Shown here: positions 23,521 to 34,278 of the stretch, in pieces
How the letters are laid out: each line of letters starts with the position of its first letter
How positions within the stretch are numbered: position 1 is the first letter of the stretch
NCBI GenBank assembly: GCA_036172245.1
Contig: JAYWIR010000022.1
Span: 124,001-188,000, forward strand
Direction of reading: 5' to 3'
Origin: Raillietiella orientalis
Lineage: Eukaryota
Length of the DNA: 64,000 bases
The notes under the pieces: model-generated
The model's input: only the letters and a program-made list of their open reading frames with translations
Database searches by the model: none
What the model was told of the DNA's origin: nothing
Translations under genes and position numbers: made by a program

Positions 23521-24028
23521 GCCCGCGAGCAAGGAGATCTGCAGGGCTATCTCCGGCGAGGTCGTCAGGTCTCCTTGCCTGCCTGCATCGTCAACACCCC
23601 CTGAGGGAGCCTTCGTCCCTGTGGGGAATGGATTCCCGGGAAACCGCTCCCCTGCACTCCGGCGTCGGTTCGTCAACGAGCCAGACGCTCCCCGGTTCTT
23701 GACCCTTCCATGCGGGTCCAAACTGCCATGGCACCGCTGGGTCAGGGACCTTACGCAGACGTTGGCGCCAGGCGACTGGTCTCCTGGGATTTTTCCGTGG
23801 GAGGCTCTGGGGGCCGACGAGTGGCACACGCGGCGCTGAGAGAAGCCTCCATGGCGCTGCCTGGGAGCAAAGGAGAGCAGGCGCTCGCACGTCTCCACCT
23901 GCCTTTCGCACCTGAAAAGGAGAAGAAAAGGGCAAGGGTTCCCTCTGGGGGTGGTGATGATGCAGGCAGGCAAGGAAAACTGACGACCTCTCTAGGGACA
24001 ACCCCTCAGGATCTCTTCGCTCGCGGAC
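23521..24028. mobile_element. Foldback/MITE-like long inverted repeat (arms ~23521-23620 and ~23929-24028)
   Basis: 23558-23608 matches the reverse complement of 23940-23990 at 46/51 nt, with weaker similarity ~37 nt further outward; spacer ~308 nt. The inverted repeat is directly visible; its mobile nature is inferred. Confidence 0.55.
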
Positions 24029-26512
24029 TCCGAGAGCGGCTGCTTCCACAGTGATGGCGGTGGTGCTAGTGCTCTCCGCTAGGGTGGGCACGACACGGGC
24101 AGGCGCGGAGCAAAGTCATAGCTCGAACAGCTCCAGGAGTGAATCTGGGTGCGCGCTGCCGGAGGCCCGAGGACAAGCAGACACCCCCGGAAAGAGGAAA
24201 AGACCATCCCCGAGACCCCGGCTTGCTGTGGCTCCCTATGCAGGGAGAGAGCATACCCCCGAGAACGTGAAATTTTCTTGGAGGACAAAGCGACTGGAAC
24301 CACCCTGTACCATTGCCCAGAGGGCAACTTGCGGGGATCTCCGCCTACTACTGTCCTCGTACTGGCGGGTCGCAAGATATGCCCGGAGGCTCCGTGGGCT
24401 CCCCAGTGGCCCTTCACCATCCCAGACCCGGACCCCGGAGCGGACTGCAGAGCGAGAGACTCGGGAGAGACGAGACCGGGAGGCGGTCAGTGGAGCGGTC
24501 GCTTCCTGTACGGACGGCCCCGCGTTGCGTTGTCTCCGCCACGGAGCGCGGGGCCGCTGTGCCTTTCGACTCGACACCACCCTCTCTTCCAGCCCCTTCC
24601 AGGTCAGAGGTCTGCGGCGCCCGTGGAGATCGCCAACCCATCTTTCGAACGGAGGGAGCGGCGGTGCTGCATGTTCTTTCCGCCCGCCCTTCTGTGGACA
24701 GCGGCCCAAAGGAAAGCGGGCACCAGGAGAATAGCGGGCTCGGAAGCGAATCTCCCGAAGGTGCGCGCAGATCTTGCGGATCCGACGGGTCCTTCGATCG
24801 GCAGCTCTTCTCCCGAGCGAAGGTGACCTGCTCTGCGTCGAGACGACCTACAGAGGGAGAAGGTCGAGCTGTCTCCGTTTGAACTGAGGAGGACAGGTGC
24901 GTTCGAGAACCGCCTGCCCATTTGGTTCCCATTGCTGAAACGGAGGACGTTCGGGCTTCGTGCCCAAAGGCAACGCTGGAAAGGATGCCCATCAGTCAGG
25001 TCGATGTCACTGTCGAATCTTGAGGCGCAGACGTTTGAATGGATCACTCGATTATGAATCCCTGCTTGCGAGAATGCTCATTAGTTCGTTTCCTTCTTGA
25101 AGCTCAGCATCCCCTTGCATAGGGAGTTAAGTTTTCACTTCCCCTCCCCCAGAAAAGGCTGACATAAAACCTTCGGAGCACGAAAGACTGCTTCCGCGTA
25201 TTGGAGTCATTTTCCATTTGTCACGTAGAAAACATTCCATAGGGACCTCGTAAGATCTGTCGGAGTGCGATTAACTGATGCAGATCGGGTGGAGAGATTT
25301 TTTGCTTGATCTTTGTGATCGATTCATGAGCTGATGCATACCAAGTAAACAAACAAACGAGAATGTGCATTCTGTTTTACTGAACTGTTCTTTGCAAACA
25401 GCGAAGAAACTGCTTTCAAGGTCACCTTTTACGTTTCTAAATACTAGTTAGATGATTGATGAAATGTTATAAAAGATGACGATACATTTTCTCCCTAATG
25501 TTATAAATTAATCAGCCAGCATAAGCCCCTCCACCAAAAACACATCAAACGCACTAGTCACCCAAGGGAATATTTTTCCAACTGAGATTGCTCAAGGAAA
25601 ATATGTGTGTAAACTCATCGAGCGGAGACAAAAAAAAAACAACAACAACAAAAAAAAAGAGCCTTCGACGGTCGTCCTCCCGTCACATTCTTTCTCTCCA
25701 ACACCAACCATTGGGAGTCGAGGTGCACGTTGATCACAAACACCAGTCGCTGACACCAATCTTTTGAGCCAGAAGACACAGCAAGCGGTGCGAACGACAC
25801 CGATTCGCTATGGCCGACCACATGCCAAGATAATAACGAATAGTTCATGTAACTATGAGCTAATGGATATTGAGCAGAAAAGTGTTAATGGAGATTTGCG
25901 CCGCTGGCTGGCATCTTTTCTTTTTTTTTTTTCGGTATCAACTGGTAAAGATTGGCTTTCTTTTGTATGTCGTGTCAGGAAGTCATGACATTGTATTACA
26001 TCAGCAAAAATTTTTTGGATGATGTCGTAATTAACAGTCTTGGTGGTATTTTAGAGTCTCGTGGTTTGGTTGCTGCAGCTGATGAATGGGCAAACTGTGT
26101 GACTGACGAGTGATTTTCTGGATTTCTTTCCCGACTTGGAACACGATTTTTTCTGTTCGAAAAATCGAGGATGCTGAACTCATGCAATCAAATCGATTTA
26201 TATCTGGGGGATATCAAAAAAAATATAAAAACGAGCCGTTCTCTTTGTTTTGCCTTAGATCACCAGTTTCCTTGTCAACTATGTAGAACTCCCTTATTTA
26301 CACATTTATCACATTGTACTGCGAGCATAGGAGTTTCAGTTATCAACAGAGGTTGTGCCAAGTGGCAGTGCGTCATCACACCCCAGCTGATGATCGCCAT
26401 GTTGAATGCATTACTGGAGATACTTCAGTAGAAATACCCATCTTACACAGCCTTATTGTAACCGAAAAAAAGAGAATAGCTGTACATAAGCTATATTTAT
26501 AAATTCAATAAA

Positions 26513-28016
26513 ATGTCAACTGGTATGAGTCCGGAGTAGTAAGTATTTTAGATGCCAATAGTTTTTAGTATTTGAAAGTTGGGAATTTGCATTGGAAAAT
26601 GTGTTGGTGAAACTGTAACAAAACTTGTATAAATTTGTATTACGGTTAATTGGTTGCCTTGCGTTGTGTTTTATGTATTCTCCATCGGAATGAAATGAAA
26701 TTACGTAGTTGTGTTCTCATCGGAGGTGTTCTGTATTTCCCATCAGAAGTAAATTGCCCACTTTCATACTGTCAGCATTCATACTGACACCTAGTTGCTA
26801 ATAATGATAGCGAAGGTGTTTTGCTTGTTATGTTTAAGACCTAGGAATCCTTAGTTCCAATTGTGTTTCTGTTTAGATAATATTTGAAAATTTAAAAGCA
26901 GATTTGCTTGTATTGTGAAGCAGAAAATTATCTCAAACGTAGTTGAGAATTAGTGGTCATTCTTTAAGAGTTTTTGCCCCCAAAGCCTCATAGATATTCA
27001 TGAGGGCACAATCCTGAGTAATTTCTCTTGTCAACTTCACAGAAACAAGTTTTGCTGTCAAGCAAGCTATGTTTGAAGCTGAAGTTTTCAATAAGTACTT
27101 GTATCCCAATTCTGTAATTTGAATGGTATTGAAAAGTTGTAATTTTGTTGGGTGATTTGAGGGAATTTATCGGTAAATGTATCATATTTGCTAAGATTTG
27201 TTTTTTTGATTTTCTAGTGATTATTTGTTCAAACTGTTACTGATTGGTGACTCAGGTGTAGGAAAATCATGTCTTTTGTTACGTTTTGCGGTGAGTATAA
27301 CAAAATTTGTCTTCCAACTAATGTTGTATTTTAGGATGATACTTACACTGAAAGCTACATTAGCACCATTGGAGTTGATTTTGTAAGTTGTGTTCTCTCT
27401 TTTCAGTATGCATTGTGACAGTGTTTTCCAGAAAATCCGTACAATTGAGTTGGATGGGAAAACTATCAAGCTGCAGATTGTAAGTATCAGTTGGTAATCC
27501 CCTACCTAATATGCAAACTTACAGTGGGACACAGCAGGCCAGGAAAGATTTCGAACCATAACTTCCAGTTACTATCGTGGAGCTCATGGCATTATTGTAG
27601 TTTATGATGTCACTGACCAAGATTCCTTCAATAATGTGCAGCAGTGGTTACAGGAGATTGATAGATATGCTTCAGAAAATGTTAACAAGCTGTTAGTTGG
27701 AAACAAATGTGATCAGGCAGTCAAGAAAGTGGTGGATTATAACACAGCCAAGGTAAGGTTGCATATTTATGTTTTGTTTGTTTGTTTTTGTTTCTGATAC
27801 ATTACTTCATGTTTGCAGGAATATGCGGAAAAGCTGAGTATTCCTTTCTTGGAAACATCGGCCAAAAATGCAACAAATGTTGAGCAAGCCTTTATGACCA
27901 TGGCTTCTGAAATTAAGAACCGCATGGGTCCTCCTACATCTTCTGGACATCAGACAGGAGGAGTGCACATCAATCAAGGTGTCCCAGTTGATCAAAGCAA
28001 GTCAGGATGCTGTTGA
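26513..28016 (+). CDS. Rab1: Ras-related protein Rab1, 206 aa; exons 26513-26538, 27218-27290, 27335-27382, 27432-27479, 27525-27752, 27819-28016
   Basis: [68 protein letters not shown]-terminal GCC. GT-AG introns of 679, 44, 49, 45 and 66 nt; total CDS 621 nt. Confidence 0.97.
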
Positions 28017-28246
28017 ATCTTCATTGATAAAAGTTTACAATCTGTGAGCATAGCAAGTTGAATTGGCATTGGCAAGATCCCTAACAGCATCCTTATCTTG
28101 TTTAGTTTTTAGTTTTGTTTTTGATCTGTACACACTTTCAAGTTGGTACTCAGCTGCCTCCAAGCAAAAGACTTGCATGTTCAGTTATCATGCAATCAGT
28201 GCTCCTTTATGTGTGCACACATAGCATTCCCAAATTTCATTCAGAC

Positions 28247-28252
28247 AATAAA
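28247..28252 (+). terminator. Candidate poly(A) signal of Rab1
   Basis: AATAAA ~230 nt after the stop codon. Confidence 0.45.
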
Positions 28253-29210
28253 AGCATCAATATCACATGTGGCAATATTAGCAAAATAGCATGGATAATA
28301 GCAATGTTTCAGTGATGTAATTCCATTTTTCGTGACTTGCTGTATGTTTTGCAGAAATCTAATTTTTTAACTTTCCATAGTAATGCTTTAATATTATTGC
28401 TTTGTTATGTTTTTCTTCAAGTGCAAAAAGGAAAGCAAATTTTTTTCACTTCTTTCAAGGAAATCCCGGGATGTACATTCTGATTGATGTTTAATATTTT
28501 CATTTTGAAACTTCAAAATACAAGACATAAATCAGTCTTTACAGCTGATGGAGATTTGAGATTGAGTTTTCTTTTGAATTTTGAAATGTGTGTTTGTAAC
28601 TCATAATCTGATGAAAGGTAACAACTGTTTTGTTCATGTGATACATTTTAATTGTGTGAAATGTGTGCTGAAGCAATTTTTAATGATCTTTGAAAGATAT
28701 GTCTTAATGTATATTTGTTATTGAAGAAAAATAATATCAATGGACTTTAACATCATTGCATTTGTGATTCTAGTTATTTTGGCTTCAGGCGTGTTTTCTT
28801 TTACTGTGGCTGTAAGTGTTCTCTTTGGTTGCCCGTATTTGTTTGAAGGTTGTTTTTTTGTATAGTTATTGAAAAGCATTCGAAGTGCTTTGGAATCCAC
28901 TTTTGAATCCATGACTATGATTTCGATGGCTTGATCCAAAATGGCAGTTTTCGAATTTGTGGTCCCCCTTCGAACGTAGGGGGCTGTGGGGCTTTCCCAT
29001 TTTCTTGCCGCAGTGTCGGTAAAAGTGCCCTGCTCTCGTTTCGTGGGTTGCGCCTGCAGCTTGACCACTGGCACGCCCGCGTCGCTTTTCCGCCCACGTC
29101 GCGGATCGATTTTTTCTGCATCGCGATCGTCCCCATCCCAGAGCTGAATTTCCGCTCCGAAGATTCGATCTGGACGGTGGCCGCCGGTCGCGCATTTGAC
29201 GGCAGGGCAG

Positions 29211-29245
29211 GGAAAGTACACACACGTACAGTGTGTGTACTTTCC
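29211..29245. repeat. Perfect 15-bp inverted repeat, 5-nt loop
   Basis: ggaaagtacacacac-gtaca-gtgtgtgtactttcc. Confidence 0.9.
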
Positions 29246-32200
29246 TTTGTCTCGAGTGCAAAGGATTAGGGCGGAGGGTGCCCAGACGGCAAATCCGCCA
29301 GGTCAGCCACCGCCCAAACGGATCCTGGGGTTTCGAGCACCATCACTTGAGAAGTCGGGTCTCTCCGTCGCCGCCCTTCCCTTCGTACTTTGCGTCTGTT
29401 TTCGTTATCGGTATCGCTTCCGGCAAGAGGAGAGGAATGCCGTGAGCTACTTTAGCTCCACCTCGGTAAGACGAAACTTCACCGAATGGAGGTCGACCGT
29501 CCTCCATTGGAAAACGCCGTCGCAGTAAGCCGAGAGTTATCCCAGGATGTTCTTTCCGAGCGCTGGCCATGTGGTGGTGTCCTCGCATGCAAGCGAAGGA
29601 ACGAACGTTGCACGCAGCAGCACGTCGATCTTTCTCAGACTTTCCTCCTATGCGGCCGTCACAGCACGAGAGTTCGGGCACAGCGGCGATAAGCACATGG
29701 CGGATTTACGCAACGCCCTCGGCACCGAGTCGCGCATTTCTTCTGCCTGGAGCGTTTATGTCGTGGCTCCTGTTGACTCATTTGCTATGCAATGATCGGT
29801 CATCCGGTTGCGGATTAGTCGACCATCTCACTAATCAGCGGCCCTCCCCCCCCCCCGTTCCAAGTGACGCAGTAGGTGTTGCGAGCGTGCCGCGGTGCGT
29901 ACCCCTCCCCGCCCGTTCGCGAGACCCCGGGCGGAGGGGGCACGGACTTGCGCAGCACCACCGTCGCGCATTCGGACGGGAGCGTCGCCCGCCAGTCCGA
30001 CCGGGGCGAAGGTAACGCGCAAAGCTCCCGCTGACGAAAAGCAAAAGGTGGAAGCTGAGCGCCGCACCTGATGCTCGTGCGTTTCATCCCGGGCTTCCCG
30101 CCCCCGTCGGCACGGAACTTGCCGCCTCCGTTTCGCCCCCTCTCCAAGCGTCCAGCACTTGGGCATGCACTGAATCCGAAAAGCCCCACTTTTTCGTGCG
30201 TCTTCGGTTGCCAAGACGTAGCGAGCTTCCGCTTCAAGTCGTGAGAGTACCGTGTACAAACCCGCCCCTGGTGGACAAGCTGAGTTGCCGAGGGTGGATG
30301 CTGGTAGTGACCGTGGGAGGCCCACCGGTGGTTAGTTCGCAGTAGTAGGTGGCTGAATTTCTGTGAGCGAGTGGGAATGCCCCGTTCCTGTCGTGTTTCC
30401 CGGATGTATTCTGGGAAATTTTTTGCAGCGTTCGTTCCCGTGTGTGCCAAGGTGCTTGCACGGATGAACAGGTGAGGCATTCCTATACAGTCGTGGGCGG
30501 ACTGGCGCGCTGCGTTCTCTTTCGACCATCGATTGAGTGTAAGGAGGATGCATTTGGCACAGCCCGCACACGTCAAGATGCCCGTGCCTGCTGTGTTTTC
30601 GGGAACACGGAAAGAGAACGAGGTGCAAGAAGAGTGGCGCTGCCTGCGCGCCGTTTCTTTTGGATGTCTCCGATCTGTTTTGTGTTGTCGGTTTCCCGTG
30701 AACGCTGTGAAATGACAGCGACCGCAGCGAAACGGTTGCCGCCGTCGCGGTCAGTTCATTCGTCGAGGGAGCAGTCGCGAAGGGGTCTCCGTAGTGCGCC
30801 TCCACCCGGTGCCGCGTGGGCTCTTCCGGTTTCCGCTGCCACACTCCACCCAGCAGCAATCGCGATTCCGGGGGGTGGTTTCGGAAGGAGGTATTGGATG
30901 TGGCGAGCAGTGTTGCCGCATGGCGCCGCTCGCGTTTTGTGCCTTTTTGAAAAAAGGGCGTCGCCAGGCACGTCCTCTTGCGCGTTCTTTGCAGGCTGCT
31001 GTTCCCGCAGAGATGCTTGACACGGTCCCTCCGGTACATTCAGTGAAAAAGAAAGTAACAATAGACAGACAGAGGTGGTAGGCTCTGAGGCCTACCCAGC
31101 CCAACCATTCATGGGGGAATGCCGACGAGGTCTGCAACGGGAACGGAGGGGAGGGACTGCAAATCTAGAAACGAAAACAACTGCATCAGCGTGGTGGAGT
31201 GCGCACGCCTTCGTGCAAATCGATGCCCAGCCGTGCGCGTGGGTGTGTGCCGGAGTCACCTCCCTCGTAGGTTGCCTCGAGAGACTTAGCGGCAGGAGGG
31301 TCCCCGGAGCACCCTTTGCCGCCGGGTCCGCCCAGCGTCCGGTGCTGGCGAGGACGCACCCTACAGCGAGTGAGGAAGAGCCGGCACTGCAAGGGGCACT
31401 CTCCCCGGTCCAGGTACGAAGGGAGAATGGAGGGGTGGACTCCGAACCCACCTCAGAGGCTGCAGGCTCCATGTCGCCCTCGTGTGGCCATAGGGCGGGT
31501 GCATGCCACTGCATGTCTCGTCCGCCCTTCATCTTCGAGGTCTCTTCGAGGTCCTGTCCCCTCATGCCGGGAAAGGAAGCCCCCAGGGACCGCGCTCCTG
31601 GGCAGGGAGCGAGCTGACCAGTCCAGTTCCGATCCTTCCTAGCTGGAGTTTTTTCTGGGCCAGTGCGCCGCCTCTCGTCCCGCTTACTGGTCCGGAAGGT
31701 GTGCCCAGCGGCCCTGTCCATGCTGTCCTCAGAGCGAAAGGAAGTACGAAACGCGAACAGCCCTTGGCGGTCTCCTTTCGACGAGGATCCGCCAGGGCTC
31801 ACTGCGAATGGGGCAGCGGCTTCCCGTGCCCCAGGCGCCCTCATTGCTTCGCGCCCATTCCCTACAGCCGCGACCTTCCTTGTCTTAGTTGCTGCAGAAG
31901 CCTCAGCAGCGAACAGCTCGAGATGCCCAAGGGATCCAGCGGATTCTCAGGCCTCGTCCTACAGCATAAGGCATCCTTTCGATTCTCTTAGGCACAGCGC
32001 CTTCCTGGGTTGCAGTGCCACTCGAAGAATCACGTGTTGGAGATGGACTCATGGATGGATCCATTAAGGAGTGACCGCGAGAGAGGAGGAGGGTGATGCA
32101 GACATTTCTTGGAGTCATCGTCAGGGATCAATCGAACACATAGGAAACGGATCACTTGACAGGGAAACCTGCTCGTGTTCGACAGCTGTGAAGCAACTGG

Positions 32201-33973
32201 TCAGGGTCCACTCCTCCAAGTGAATGCTCTCTGTTATGTGATTCTCCTTTCTCAAGAGAGGAGTCCAAAACCTTCAGATGGTCTTTGGATTGTTCTGGAG
32301 TAGTGCGAATCGAAGTGCATTGCAAAATACTGCGATGTCCAGGAAAAAAAAAATTGCTCTTAGAGCAGCTGTGAAGTCCACACGGGGAGTTTTTTTTTTT
32401 TTCTTCTTCTTTTTATTCTCCGCTGTGGCAATGCGTGAAGCAACAGGAAATCGAAATCTTCACAGGTTTCTGTCTCTCCCGTGCCCCGAATCCACCGTTC
32501 CTTGTCTCACCCCCGTCTTAGCATTAACTGCAGAATCTAAACCGTTGTCGGGAATCTCAAGAATTGGTGCACATCAGAAGATGGATGGTTTTTAAATCTC
32601 GGAAGACAATAATACGTTCGTTGGGCAGCCTTTGCTGGATGCCCGGAACCTGCTGAAGCTGTAAAAGTATACTATCAAGGATAACCGCCACCTGTGTAGT
32701 GTTTACGTAAGGACCATATCAGGATAACGGGGACGTGCAAATTGATTTGCTGCCTTGCCAAGCGGCACATTTTAAAGGGAAAACACGATGGAGTTGCGAG
32801 GGAGCTGCCTCAAGTGACTGATTCTCGGCAGACGGGGATGCCATGGGGAAAATCGCTCCCCGCCCTTACCTGAACAGGAAACGCCTGAAAAATAGTACGC
32901 GAGAAGACATCTAATTCCGACGATGATCAAAAATGAAACTGAAAGAATCCCCACGGGAACGCTTGCTCTAACGAGCCATGCAAAAGTGAAATTATTCAAA
33001 TCATTCCCATTACGTTGGTCCCTCGTAAGATTGGACGCGCGCACTAAACGGAAGAATAACAGCGAAAATCCTCAAACCCGGTCTCTCCCTTCTCTGAAGC
33101 TCCGGGAGCCTAAGACTGTGCAGGGGGAGAGGCGAAAGCAAAAAAGCAGCCGCAAAGAGCCGCAACTTTCCTGCACGTTTTTCTTCTTCTTCGCGACTTT
33201 CCTTGTCAACTTGGGAGGCGAAAGTTCACGTGCTGTACGGCCACAGATCGCGTGGAAAGCAGGACATTCGTGGCCAATGGCCCTCCAGCGTTCCAATTAC
33301 CTGGGGGACCATGCCAATCAGTCACGGTCATTAAGCAAGAGCCCTTATCAGCAACCAATAATGGATGCAGTGCCATCTCGCCAAGTAACTCCACGAGAAA
33401 TCTCATAAAGTATTTCTCGTGCGATGCCTATCTCAACGGTAACTTAATAGGATTAGGACGAAAAATTCATGACAGCAAAAAATGATTTCCTCATTCCGTG
33501 AACGAATGCGTTAATCACACGCATCAAGGAGTTGGAATTTTTCCATGCCCATGCAAAGACATTCGGTATCATTAATGACGATCATGATGCACAAACACTG
33601 AACTGCGCGACCTTGCCAAGTCTCCCATGTGCGCACCTTTATTTAATTAAACTTTAATAATGCACCTATGAATGGAATACCTTCAGGTTGCTCATGATTT
33701 CACACTTTCATTGAAAACAATGATCCTTCCCACACGACTTACGGCCGGCTGGCCCCATTGCTCGCATCGAAAAGGTTGGCCATGAATGCTTTCGTTTCAA
33801 GAGCGCATTTTTGAGAAACCGTGGAAAGCTCAATATGAGCGGCAGTGCGTTCTTTCCATAGAATGCTGCGTGAAGCAGAACACATGAAACACACTTAGGT
33901 CAAGGAATCTTGAAACAGCTCGTCCACTTTTATCAAAGTGGAATTCGGCGGTTGCTGAACGAAAAAGCGCGTT

Positions 33974-34007
33974 AGACTCAGCAGTGAAAGAGAGACTCAG
34001 CAGTGAA

Positions 34008-34034
<27 letters not shown>
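33974..34034. repeat. 19-bp tandem duplication running into a (GA)n microsatellite
   Basis: agactcagcagtgaaagag twice (33974, 33993), then gagaga... Confidence 0.9.
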
Positions 34035-34038
<4 letters not shown>

Positions 34039-34278
34039 GGCCATACCAACGTTCCACCATCTGCCCATCAAGACAATGAATGACCGTTCAAAAGTGAAAT
34101 CAAATCAAAAGTGTGGGCTTTTCAACTGTGTATCCATGCAAAGCCTACTTCCAAGTTCCTTATTTACACCTTCTTGTAGCAGGAAATCACTCTCCTATCT
34201 CAGCTGCTTCAATTAACCCAACTTCTCTTAGCGGATTCTGCAGAAATGAAAGCAACAAAATCACAAGGAATCATTCTA

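Noticed and set aside
27391..27406. Alternative acceptor (tctcttttcag) inside Rab1 intron 3
   Set aside because: Would give a 24-nt intron and a frameshift; below the size range seen in this window
30234..30365. Ig-like word NSATYYCE after a cag acceptor on the minus strand
   Set aside because: No upstream B-strand Cys or C-strand Trp exon found; single short motif
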